NCBI GenBank assembly: GCA_050250575.1
Contig: JBFWOJ010000018.1
Location: 5,816 to 69,815 of the forward strand
Reading direction: 5' to 3'
Source: Rhodospirillaceae bacterium
Lineage (GTDB): Bacteria; Pseudomonadota; Alphaproteobacteria; Rhodospirillales; Rhodospirillaceae
DNA: 64,000 nucleotides
In this document: in pieces, positions 28,703 to 37,395 of the stretch
Layout: each line of letters starts with the position of its first letter
Numbering within the stretch: the stretch's first letter is position 1
Program-made: the position numbers and the translations under genes
Notes under the pieces: model-generated
The model's input: the letters and a program-made list of their open reading frames with translations, nothing else
Databases searched by the model: none
Told to the model about the DNA's origin: nothing

Positions 28703-29404
28703 CTATGGATTTCTAGAAATCGACGCCCGCGCCAGCTTGAGCGCGGTCGGGCCGGTGACATACCCGACGATCGAGGCGTAATGCAAAGTAGCGCCCGCAA
28801 CGACCAGGCCGTGCCAGATCGGGATTTGGTAGGGAATGGCCGGACCCATGAAAACAATCCCGCCGATCGTATAAAGCACGCAACCGGCCGTCAGCAGCCA
28901 AAGCCCGGGCGCCGGAACTGTCGCGCGCAAGGGGCCTCGCACAAAAACGAAGACCCAGCCGAGGGCGAGATAGGCGATGAACGACAATTGCTCGAAGTAC
29001 TCAGGCGCCGTGAGCTTGAGGACGATGCCGATGTTCGTTGCCGCCCACACCCCGGCGAACAAGCGTTGGCCTGCGGTGCCGCGCACGCCGAGGAGCGCCA
29101 GCGGCGAATAGGTTCCCGCGATCATCACGAAGATGGCGGCATGATCGATTTGCCGCAGGATGTGCCGCTGCGGATGATCGACGAAAAGATTGTACGCCGT
29201 CGAGCAGATCAGCATCGTGATGAGTCCAAGCCCATAGAGTGCAAGACTCAAGGGAAGGAAGTGGCGCTCCGGGCAGTCGCCCATACAGCGGGCCCGTCGT
29301 ATGGCAAGATAAGCCATCACCAGGCAGGCAATGAACGCGACCGCAGCGCTTGCCCCGTTGAGGATCGCATCTGCGAACCATTCGGCGCCGTGGTCACGAG
29401 GCAT
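28703..29404 (-). CDS. Hemolysin III / PAQR-family membrane protein
   Basis: It has seven TM segments. The motifs are STAYN, QIDHAAIFVMIAGTYSP and the C-terminal HGLVVAGATLHY. Confidence 0.85.
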   Translation of the reverse strand: MPRDHGAEWFADAILNGASAAVAFIACLVMAYLAIRRARCMGDCPERHFLPLSLALYGLGLITMLICSTAYNLFVDHPQRHILRQIDHAAIFVMIAGTYSPLALLGVRGTAGQRLFAGVWAATNIGIVLKLTAPEYFEQLSFIAYLALGWVFVFVRGPLRATVPAPGLWLLTAGCVLYTIGGIVFMGPAIPYQIPIWHGLVVAGATLHYASIVGYVTGPTALKLARASISRNP

Positions 29405-29586
29405 GGCAACAACCCGAAGAGGTGTTCATCTTTCCTCCTAATGGGAGATGAACGCGGAGAGTTCCCCCGCGGCGGCCGAAATCACAAAGAAGCCCGATTT
29501 GCCGCCAAGAACGTGCGAAAACGCCTTTTCGCTTTCGCGGCGCGGTGTTATCGCCTTCCGAGATGTGGGCATAACGGAGCGAGGCA

Positions 29587-30555
29587 ATGGCCTTTCGGAA
29601 GATTTGTATCGTCGGTCCGGGCGCGGTCGGCGGCATGATGGCGGTGCTGCTCAAGCGCGCGGGCGTCGAGGTCTCGACCTTGGCGCGGCCGGCGAAAGTC
29701 GCGGCGATCAAATCCAAGGGGCTTACCCTTTTGTACGGCGGAGAGACGATCCATACGTCACTGCCGGCCGCGTCGGACCCGAAGGAACTCGGCGTCCAGG
29801 ACCTTGTCGTCGTCACCTTGAAGAGCAACGCCCTCGTGTCCGCCGCGCCGAACATTGCGGCTTTATGCGGTCCGCATACGCAGGTCATGTTCGCGATGAA
29901 TGGCCTGCCGTGGTGGTTCTTCGAGGGCTTCGGCGGTCCGCTTGCCGGGCGTCCGATCAAGGCGATCGATCCGGACGGCGTGCTCGCGCGCACGTTTCGC
30001 ATCGAGCAAGTCGCGTGGGCGGTCGTCAATTGCAGCGTGATCGAACGTCCGGACGGCGTCATCGATCACACCCGCGCGCAGCAGCTGATCTTCGGCCGCC
30101 CCGACAACAGCATGCGGGATTTGGACGACATCGCCGCGGTGGTGCAGAAGGCGGGGTATAAGACGGTCCTCAGCCCCAACGTTCGCACGGACATTTGGGG
30201 CAAACTGGTCGTCAATGCCTGCGGCAATCCCGTCAGCGCTTTGACCGGCGCGCTGCTTGGCGAGATGTACGACGACCCCTTGGTCCGTGAATGCCAGGAA
30301 GGCATCGCCGAGGAGGTTCGGACTCTCGGTCAGAAATTCGGTCTCGAGACCGCCGCCAACCCGGTGCAGTTCCAGAAGGGTACGCTCGTGCGCACATCGA
30401 TGCTTCAGGATCTCGAGCGCGGCCGGCCGCTGGAGCTTGGGTCGATCCTGGAGGCGGCGGTGGAGATCGGCGAGGCCGCAAACCATCCCATGCCGCTGAC
30501 CCGTGCGATCTTCGGTTTGACGCGATTGCGCGCCGCAACCGCCCGCGCCGTCTGA
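29587..30555 (+). CDS. panE: 2-dehydropantoate 2-reductase family (ApbA/PanE) oxidoreductase
   Basis: It has the Rossmann motif ICIVGPGAVGG, plus TLKS and a C-terminal ...SMLQDLERGRPLE. Confidence 0.8.
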   Translation: MAFRKICIVGPGAVGGMMAVLLKRAGVEVSTLARPAKVAAIKSKGLTLLYGGETIHTSLPAASDPKELGVQDLVVVTLKSNALVSAAPNIAALCGPHTQVMFAMNGLPWWFFEGFGGPLAGRPIKAIDPDGVLARTFRIEQVAWAVVNCSVIERPDGVIDHTRAQQLIFGRPDNSMRDLDDIAAVVQKAGYKTVLSPNVRTDIWGKLVVNACGNPVSALTGALLGEMYDDPLVRECQEGIAEEVRTLGQKFGLETAANPVQFQKGTLVRTSMLQDLERGRPLELGSILEAAVEIGEAANHPMPLTRAIFGLTRLRAATARAV

Positions 30556-30660
30556 AGCGTGCCCAATTGACTGGTTTCGCGTAGACTGCCTGATCACGCC
30601 CTCGGGGGAACCGTTATCGATACCCACTCTAGACCGCCGTCCGAGATTCGAGACCGCCGG

Positions 30661-33120
30661 CTGAGCCAGCTTCGCGCAGGTCTCGCCGCCGGCCATTACC
30701 GCGTTCTCTCGGTCGACATCTTCGATACGCTCGTCTGGCGCCGGGTGCCGGAACCGGAGGATATGTTCCTCCTGCTGGGCCGCGCGCTTGCCGAGGGCGG
30801 GAAGCTTGCGTCGCACGTTTCGTCCATCCAGTTCGCCGAACTGCGCCGCGCCGCGCAACGCGCCGCACGGGACAAAGCGGAGGCTGCGACGGGTTATCGC
30901 GAGATCCGCCTTGCGGATATTTACGCCGGCTTGCCCGACGCCTTGTTCGTGCGGAACTTCGATGTGGCTGCGCGCATCGCGGCCGAGCTTTCCCTCGAAA
31001 AGACGTTCTTGCTTCTCGATGAGGATCTCGCGGCCCTGGTGCGATTTGCGAAGGCTTGCGGCGCGAAAGTGTTCTTCGTTTCCGACACCTACTTCTCGGC
31101 CGCGGAGATCTGGGAGCTGCTCGCCGCGGCTGGGTTCCGCGATAGGGCTCTTGTCGACCGGCTCTATGTGTCTTGCGAAGCCGGCCGGCCGAAATACCGC
31201 GATCTCTTCGATGGCGTGCTCGCGGATGCGGGCGTGCCGCCGGCCGCGTTCGCTCATGTCGGCGACAATCTGGATGCCGACATTCATCCCGGGCGCCATC
31301 GCGGCTTGCAAACCACGCACTACGACAAATGGGCCTTCGCGCCCCGCGTCCAGACCGAGGAGTTCACCGACGATCTTGCGCTCCGCGCGCAGCTCATTGG
31401 CGGCGCCGGCGATTTCGGACTGACCGGCCTGCGCGGCCGGCTGTTCCATCGCGCACCCGAAAGTCTCGGCGAGGGGCTTCACTTCTATTGGAGCTACGGC
31501 GCCGCCGTGCTGGCGCCGGTCTTCGCGGGGTTCGCGCGCTGGGTGCTGTCCCAGGCCAAAGGGCAAACGGTCTACGGCGTCATGCGCGAAGGCCGCTTCC
31601 TGGGCCGCGTCCTCGCCCGCACCGCCGCCGATCTCGGCGAGAAGGTCGAGGTGCGCGAATTGTGGCTTTCACGGCGCGCCGTGATCCGCGCTGCCGTCTA
31701 CGAAGACGGCCTGCGCTTCCTGCCCGATGCGATTTCGCTGTCGCCCGGCCACACGCCCGAGGAATGTGTCGCCAGCCTCGGCCTCTCGGTTGACGACATC
31801 AAAGCGGTGATGCCAGATTTTGATTTCGGCCGCTCCGACAGCCTCAATCGGCTCGCCAATGCCGTCGCGGCGAACTTGAAGCTCAAGGACAAGGTGGTCA
31901 TTCGCGCGGCGCAGCTGCGCCGTAATCTCCTCAAGGGCCTCGCGGCGAGCGTGGATCTCAAGAAACCCTTTATCCTGATGGATCTCGGGTACGCGGCGAC
32001 CATACAGGCGGTCCTCGGGCGCATCCTGAAACGCGAAGGCTTCCCCGCGGCGATCACCGGGCTCTATCTCGCCGCCAATGAGAAAGGCCTCCATAACACG
32101 CGGGAAGGGGCCGACATCCGCGCGTACTTGAACGAGAACGGGTACGGCGGCCTGACGGCTGCGCTTCTGTCGCGCACGCCGGACGTGCTCGAGCACGCCT
32201 GTATGTGCCCCGAAGGCAGCCTCGCCGACTTCGACGATGCCGGCGCTCCCGTATTGCTTGCCAACCAGCGCGGCGCCGCGCAGATCGAACAGATGCAGGC
32301 GTTGCAGATGGGCATTCTCGAAGGCGTGTCGGCGGTCAACAAGCTGCTCGGGGGTCTTGCCGACACACCGGCCGACCAGCCGCAGCTCAAGGCCCAGATC
32401 GAGCGCATCATTCAGGCGGCGCTGTTGCACCCGACGGCACAGGAGGCCGATACCATCGGCGCATGGCATCATGAAGCCAACTTCGACCTTAGCGATCTGC
32501 GGCGGCTGAAGGATCTTTCGTTCGACGCCGCGGCGCTCCAATACCAAGGCTGGCCTGCGCTGCAGCAGATCGGCCGCCAACAGGTGTATTGGCCGGCCGC
32601 GGCCTTCGCGTCCGCGGCCCCGTTTTTCGGCGAGGTCCTCGCCGCCGGGGCGCGCAAAACCTACGCCGCGGATCACCTCACGTCCGGCCCCGCGCTCGGC
32701 GCCCTGACCATCACGCCCGACCTTGGAATTGGTTTCGATGCGCGGCGGGAAGGCGTGGTGCCACTGACGGTCAACGCGTTCGGGCGCGGCGAGATCGCAG
32801 TGACGGTCAAGCCCGCCAACGCCGAAGCCTATCAGCGCCTGCGACTCAAACTGCCGGGTGTGCGCGCCATCTTCAGCCTCGATCATTTCAGCGCCGCGTT
32901 CGCCGGCGAGCGCGAGCATCGCGTCGTCGATTTGCTCTCGGACGGCGCGCGTCGCATCATCTGGACGAATGCCGAAGCAGGCCCGGACAATACCCGCACG
33001 ACGACGAGCCAAGGCACGGCGCTTGAAGTCGATATGTCGGGCGACGTGCCGCCGTGGTTGCACGTGCTGACGCTGCGACTGCGATTCAAATACCTGCGTC
33101 TCGACGATCTTTTCCGGTGA
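30661..33120 (+). CDS. Large HAD-superfamily-domain protein (N-terminal HAD hydrolase plus ~550-aa unknown C-terminal region); start codon unresolved
   Basis: The HAD motifs are I SVDIFDT (30709-30729), II FFVSDT, III GRPK and IV VGDNLDAD. Motif I lies upstream of the first ATG/GTG/TTG (GTG 30745). The frame is open from 30571. Confidence 0.7.
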   Translation: MSQLRAGLAAGHYRVLSVDIFDTLVWRRVPEPEDMFLLLGRALAEGGKLASHVSSIQFAELRRAAQRAARDKAEAATGYREIRLADIYAGLPDALFVRNFDVAARIAAELSLEKTFLLLDEDLAALVRFAKACGAKVFFVSDTYFSAAEIWELLAAAGFRDRALVDRLYVSCEAGRPKYRDLFDGVLADAGVPPAAFAHVGDNLDADIHPGRHRGLQTTHYDKWAFAPRVQTEEFTDDLALRAQLIGGAGDFGLTGLRGRLFHRAPESLGEGLHFYWSYGAAVLAPVFAGFARWVLSQAKGQTVYGVMREGRFLGRVLARTAADLGEKVEVRELWLSRRAVIRAAVYEDGLRFLPDAISLSPGHTPEECVASLGLSVDDIKAVMPDFDFGRSDSLNRLANAVAANLKLKDKVVIRAAQLRRNLLKGLAASVDLKKPFILMDLGYAATIQAVLGRILKREGFPAAITGLYLAANEKGLHNTREGADIRAYLNENGYGGLTAALLSRTPDVLEHACMCPEGSLADFDDAGAPVLLANQRGAAQIEQMQALQMGILEGVSAVNKLLGGLADTPADQPQLKAQIERIIQAALLHPTAQEADTIGAWHHEANFDLSDLRRLKDLSFDAAALQYQGWPALQQIGRQQVYWPAAAFASAAPFFGEVLAAGARKTYAADHLTSGPALGALTITPDLGIGFDARREGVVPLTVNAFGRGEIAVTVKPANAEAYQRLRLKLPGVRAIFSLDHFSAAFAGEREHRVVDLLSDGARRIIWTNAEAGPDNTRTTTSQGTALEVDMSGDVPPWLHVLTLRLRFKYLRLDDLFR

Positions 33121-33124
33121 GCCC

Positions 33125-34003
33125 ATGACGAACCGCTTGTGCATGGTCACCACCAATTTCAACTACGGCGCCTATCTCGACGACTGCATGCGCTCGATCG
33201 TGAACGCAAAGGGCTTCGAGCGCGTCGACTATGTGGTGATGGACGGCGGATCGACCGACAACTCCGTCGACATCATCAAACGCTACAACGGCAAACTCGC
33301 GCATTGGCAGTCGCAGAAGGACGAAGGCATGTATCATGCCATCGAGCAGGGCTTCGCCAAGTCCAACGCTGCCTATATGGGGTGGTTGAATTCGGACGAT
33401 CAGCTTGCGCCTTGGGCAATCCAAACGGTGCTCGACATCTTCGACCAGTTGCCCGAGGTGCAGTTCATCACCTCGCGCTTCCCCATGCAGGCGCGCAAGG
33501 ACGGAACGGTGGTCAAGACCACCATCCTCGCCGGCGTCGACAACTGGGGATTTTTCAACGGCGAGCATATCCGCACGCTCGGACTTCCTTCCACCGGCTG
33601 GATCGTCCAGGATTGCACCTTCTGGCGCCGTTCGCTGTGGGACTCCTGCGGCGCGTCGTTCGATCATACGCTGAAGCTCGCCGGCGATTTCGAGCTCTGG
33701 GCGCGGTTCATGATGAAGACCGACCTTCACATCGTGCCGGTGCCGCTCGGGATCTACCGCATCCAGGGCGCCAACAAGGCGATGGTCGGGCGGGAGGCCT
33801 ACCGCGACGAGTGTGTGAAAGTCCTGCAGCGTTACGCCGCCATCATTCCTACCGACGTCCAGAGGCTCGGCGAGCGGGTGGTCGCCAAGAAGCTCGCGGC
33901 GGTGGGACTTTCCCACCTCATCGGCGAAAAGCAGCGCACCGCCATCAAGACGATCGCTTTCGACTACGAGCAGAACCGTTATTTCACGTACGACGAACGC
34001 TGA
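33125..34003 (+). CDS. GT2-family glycosyltransferase
   Basis: The motifs are MVTTNFNYGAYLDDCMRSI...VVMDGGSTDNS...NSDD (DxD-like). Confidence 0.85.
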   Translation: MTNRLCMVTTNFNYGAYLDDCMRSIVNAKGFERVDYVVMDGGSTDNSVDIIKRYNGKLAHWQSQKDEGMYHAIEQGFAKSNAAYMGWLNSDDQLAPWAIQTVLDIFDQLPEVQFITSRFPMQARKDGTVVKTTILAGVDNWGFFNGEHIRTLGLPSTGWIVQDCTFWRRSLWDSCGASFDHTLKLAGDFELWARFMMKTDLHIVPVPLGIYRIQGANKAMVGREAYRDECVKVLQRYAAIIPTDVQRLGERVVAKKLAAVGLSHLIGEKQRTAIKTIAFDYEQNRYFTYDER

Positions 34004-35133
34004 TGTCCGAGAGCGACGCGAGAAGCCTCCATCCCGACACCATTCTCATAGCCCGTTCGCCCGGCGAAACGCGCTACGCTCTCATGGCGGAGGAAACGAT
34101 GCTCGCGATCGTGCACCGGCGCGATGCGGATGTGCAGCCGGGCGCGGTCTACCACGGCCGGGTCAAAGCCCAGGTGCCCGGGGTGGGCGCGGTGTTCGTG
34201 GATTATGGCGATGCGCTGCCGGGCGTGCTGTATGTGAAATCAAGCCCTCCGGAAGGCAGCGCGGTCGCCGTCACGGTCGCGGTACCGCCGCGGCCGGGCA
34301 AGGGCGCCGAGCTCAAGCCGGCGAAGGCGGCCATCGCCAGCGGCGCGAAGCTTCCTATGCTCGCGGCGGCGGCGCCGGAACCGGTGGCCGACTGGATGGG
34401 ACGCTATGGGGCCTCCATTCGCGCGATCATCTGCCAGCCGTTGCGCGAGGTCGCGCGGGTGCGGGCGCTGCTCGGCGATGACGCGCCAGTCGAGTCCCAT
34501 TCCGCCGACGCCGATCTCTTCGCCGCCTTCGGCGTCGATGAGGCGATCGAGGCCGCGCTTCGGCCCGAAGTCAAGCTGCCTTCCGGCGGTTCGATCATCA
34601 TCGAGCACACCCGCGCGCTGACCGTGATCGACGTCAATTCCGGCGGATCGGATCCCGCGCGCGCCAACTTCGAGGCCATGCAGGCGATCGGCCTCGAGCT
34701 GCGCCGGCGCAATGTCGCCGGCCACATCCTGATCGATGCGATCCCCACCCGGGCGCGCGCCTCGCTGCCGCGCCTGCTCACCAAGGCCCTGTCCCCCGAC
34801 CCGAACCCGGCGCAGGTCGTCGGCCTCACGTCCCTCGGACTGGTGGAGATGACGCGCCAGCGCACCGGTCTTTCGCTCGCGGAGACATTGATGGAGAGGG
34901 GCGAGCTCAGCGCCGCCAGTGTGGGCTATCGCGCGTTGCGGACGGTGGTGCGTGCGGCCGCGAGAAGCGGCGTGCCCCAATGGACGATCGATGCCGCCGC
35001 CGACGTGGCCGCCGCGTTGCGCGGGCCGCTGGCCCGCGCCCTTTCCGAAGCGCGCGATCTCGCCAAGACCGAGATCCAGGTCGCGCCGCGGCCCGAGTTC
35101 CGGCGCGAACAGATTGACATTCGCCCGGCTTGA
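34003..35133 (+). CDS. Ribonuclease E/G-family protein (short, RNase G-like)
   Basis: It has an S1-like N-terminus (GAVYHGRVKAQVPGVGAVFVDYG). The catalytic region reads IIIEHTRALTVIDVNSG and GHILIDAI. Its start shares one nucleotide with the GT2 stop codon (TGATG). Confidence 0.8.
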   Translation: MSESDARSLHPDTILIARSPGETRYALMAEETMLAIVHRRDADVQPGAVYHGRVKAQVPGVGAVFVDYGDALPGVLYVKSSPPEGSAVAVTVAVPPRPGKGAELKPAKAAIASGAKLPMLAAAAPEPVADWMGRYGASIRAIICQPLREVARVRALLGDDAPVESHSADADLFAAFGVDEAIEAALRPEVKLPSGGSIIIEHTRALTVIDVNSGGSDPARANFEAMQAIGLELRRRNVAGHILIDAIPTRARASLPRLLTKALSPDPNPAQVVGLTSLGLVEMTRQRTGLSLAETLMERGELSAASVGYRALRTVVRAAARSGVPQWTIDAAADVAAALRGPLARALSEARDLAKTEIQVAPRPEFRREQIDIRPA

Positions 35134-35164
35134 CGCCGCCGCGCGCCAACCCGACATTGCCGCC

Positions 35165-35386
35165 ATGAGCGCAGATTCTTCTTCCCCCGGCGACAAGCCG
35201 CCTGCGGTGCGCGTGACCGCCACCAAGTGCGCGCGGTGCGGTCAGCCCGTGCAGGCGCGCTACCGGCCGTTCTGTTCCCAGCGCTGCGCCGATATCGACC
35301 TCGGCTCCTGGTTCGGCGAGCGCTACCGGGTGGCCACCGAAGAGGCCCCGCCCGAAGCGCCGCCCAAAGGCGAGGACGAACGCTGA
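35165..35386 (+). CDS. yacG: DNA gyrase inhibitor YacG (zinc finger)
   Basis: The pattern CARCGQPV...RPFCSQRCADIDLGSWF is the YacG signature. Confidence 0.8.
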   Translation: MSADSSSPGDKPPAVRVTATKCARCGQPVQARYRPFCSQRCADIDLGSWFGERYRVATEEAPPEAPPKGEDER

Positions 35387-35392
35387 GGCCGG

Positions 35393-35417
35393 CGGCTTTT
35401 CCCGCAAAAAGCCGTTT
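35393..35417 (+). terminator. Weak hairpin after yacG
   Basis: The hairpin is CGGCTTTT-cccgca-AAAAGCCG, followed by TTTAT. Confidence 0.35.
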
Positions 35418-35508
35418 ATGCTCAAGTTGTTAGTCGCAAAAGCCGTGTCTGGACACCCGCGGCCATCTCTAATATAAAGCGCGCCTCTCCAAGAGGTCTG
35501 ACCTCACC

Positions 35509-35584
35509 GCCCAGGTAGCTCAGTTGGTAGAGCAAGGGACTGAAAATCCCTGTGTCGCTGGTTCGATTCCGGCCCTGGGCACCA
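35509..35584 (+). tRNA. tRNA-Phe (anticodon GAA)
   Basis: The acceptor stem GCCCAGG pairs with CCTGGGC. The D-loop is AGCTCAGTTGGTAGAGC, the anticodon loop is CTGAAAA and the T-arm is GGTTCGATTCC. CCA is encoded. Confidence 0.95.
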
Positions 35585-35586
35585 TT
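35570..35586 (+). repeat. attL core (direct repeat copy 1)
   Basis: CGGCCCTGGGCACCATT, which overlaps the 3' end of tRNA-Phe. Confidence 0.75.
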
Positions 35587-35699
35587 TCTCCTTTCCGCAG
35601 TCGTCCGTAGTCGTTCGCCGACGTCGAACTTAGCCAATAAAACCGGGCCTTTCTGCGTTCGCAGTTACCCGCCCACGTTGGTGGGCAGCCGGACGACTT

Positions 35700-35812
35700 G
35701 TTGGTATTGCCGTTGGTATCGGACGCAGTGTCCGAAATCGATACCAACAGACTCCCTGTTTCGGAGTCATACCCGCGACGGAGAAGACGGGTGTTGGTAC
35801 GGCGCTACCAAC
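35700..35812. repeat. GTTGGTA heptamer cluster between attL and int (candidate arm-type / operator sites)
   Basis: GTTGGTA occurs at 35700, 35712 and 35793, and TACCAAC at 35742 and 35806. The pair at 35712-35721 and 35739-35748 forms a 10-bp inverted repeat. The pair at 35793-35812 forms GTTGGTA-cggcgc-TACCAAC. Confidence 0.5.
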
Positions 35813-35832
35813 ATACCACGAGGTCGCAGGAA

Positions 35833-37038
35833 ATGCTTACGGACGTGGCCATTAAGGCCGAGAAGCCTGGCTCCCAGCCCCGCAAGATCGCAGATGGTGG
35901 AGGGCTTCATCTCCTCATCAATCCGAACGGCAATAAGCTTTGGCGATTCTCGTACCGCTTTGGTGGAAAGCAAAAGACGATGGCTATGGGGGTCTATCCA
36001 GCGACAAGCCTCAAAGAGGCGCGAGACAAGCGCGACGACGCCAAGAAGCTCCTGGAGAAAGGCGTTGACCCGTCTGTCCAGCGGAAAGAGGACAAGCTGT
36101 TCGCCACGGCTGACCGAAGCTTCAAGACCATCGCAGAGGAACTTATTGAGAAATACCAGACCGAGGGCTCTGCGCCTAAGACGATCAAAAAGATGCGTTG
36201 GATCCTGAGTCTCGTGTATCCGGATATCGGCAGTCTCCAGATTGAACAAATAACTCCTCCCATGCTCCTGGCCTCGCTTCGGAAGATCGAAGCTAAGAAA
36301 CGCTACGAGAGTGCCCGGCGCTGCCGGAGTACCTGCGGGCAGGTCCTTAGGTACGCGATCGCGACTGGCCGGGGAGGGCGGGATCTATCCTTCGATCTTC
36401 GCGACGCTTTGATCACTCCTCAAGTCAAACACCGGGCGACAATTGTCGATCCCGCAAAGATCGGCGGCCTGCTCCGTGCCATCGATGGTTACGACGGCAC
36501 ATTCACCACGAAACTAGCGCTGCGCCTGGCACCGCTGGTCTTTGTGCGTCCGGGTGAGCTGCGTCACGCGGAATGGCCCGAGTTTTCTATCGAAACTGAA
36601 TGGCGCATTCCGGCGGAGAAGATGAAAATGCGCCGTCCGCACCGCGTCCCTCTTTCAAGACAGGCGCGCGAAATCATTCGTGAGGTGAAGGAAATTGGAA
36701 TCAACAGCCGGTATCTCTTTCCCTCGGTCCGGAGCAACGGTCAGCCAATGTCGGAAAACACCGTCACCGCCGCACTCAGACGTATGGGCTATTCCGGCGA
36801 CGAAATGACCGGCCACGGATTCAGGGGAATGGCTTCGACCTTGCTGAATGAAATGGGCAAGTGGAATCCGGATGCGATTGAGCGTCAGTTGGCCCACGTC
36901 GAAGGTAATGATGCTCGTAAGGCCTACATTCATCTTGCCGAGTTCTGGGATGAACGCGTTCAAATGATGCAAGCGTGGGCAGGCTACCTCGATCGACTTC
37001 GAGATGCGCTGCCGACGCAGGTGCTGGCAACAGAATAG
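35833..37038 (+). CDS. int: Tyrosine recombinase, P4-like integrase (DUF4102 N-terminal arm-binding domain)
   Basis: The N-terminus is MLTDVAIKAEKPG...GGGLHLLINPNGNKLWRFSYRFGGKQK. The catalytic residues are in ...GELRHAEW...HRVPLS...TGHGFRGMAST...LAH...AY. Confidence 0.9.
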   Translation: MLTDVAIKAEKPGSQPRKIADGGGLHLLINPNGNKLWRFSYRFGGKQKTMAMGVYPATSLKEARDKRDDAKKLLEKGVDPSVQRKEDKLFATADRSFKTIAEELIEKYQTEGSAPKTIKKMRWILSLVYPDIGSLQIEQITPPMLLASLRKIEAKKRYESARRCRSTCGQVLRYAIATGRGGRDLSFDLRDALITPQVKHRATIVDPAKIGGLLRAIDGYDGTFTTKLALRLAPLVFVRPGELRHAEWPEFSIETEWRIPAEKMKMRRPHRVPLSRQAREIIREVKEIGINSRYLFPSVRSNGQPMSENTVTAALRRMGYSGDEMTGHGFRGMASTLLNEMGKWNPDAIERQLAHVEGNDARKAYIHLAEFWDERVQMMQAWAGYLDRLRDALPTQVLATE

Positions 37039-37395
37039 TGCTGAGCCTGAATCGCTTTTTTACTACGTCTGAGAGAAAACTCAAAAAAACTCTCGCCATC
37101 TATTTACAAGCGGTATGGCGATCACCTAGTCTCACGCGGCGTACGTTGAACTGCCCCATCTGGCCAAATCAATAAAGCCCTATCGGCGTACGTGGGAATT
37201 TGAACAGCAGGCGATCTAACTGGCGTCCGCCTTCAGGCGCGATGCCAACTGTTGTTTGGCGGTGGGGGCCGCAGGGTCCATGGCGTTGGGGAATTGGCGC
37301 GCTTCCGATAGGGGCGCGTTCTAATGTCTCGATGGAGAAAAACATCTGCGCCGCGCGCAGGCCGGCAGCACTCCGCCACGCATTCCCAGTTCAAG

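Noticed and set aside
33139-34002. The 5' 288 codons of the 664-aa ORF that later becomes the RNase E/G-like gene.
   Set aside because: This part overlaps the GT2 gene in another frame and has Arg-rich nonsense composition. The RNase-like sequence begins at the ATG at 34003.
35698-35832. An N-terminal extension of the integrase ORF.
   Set aside because: The conserved P4-integrase N-terminus begins at MLTDVAIKA (35833), which has an upstream GGA-rich RBS. The extension covers the GTTGGTA repeat cluster.
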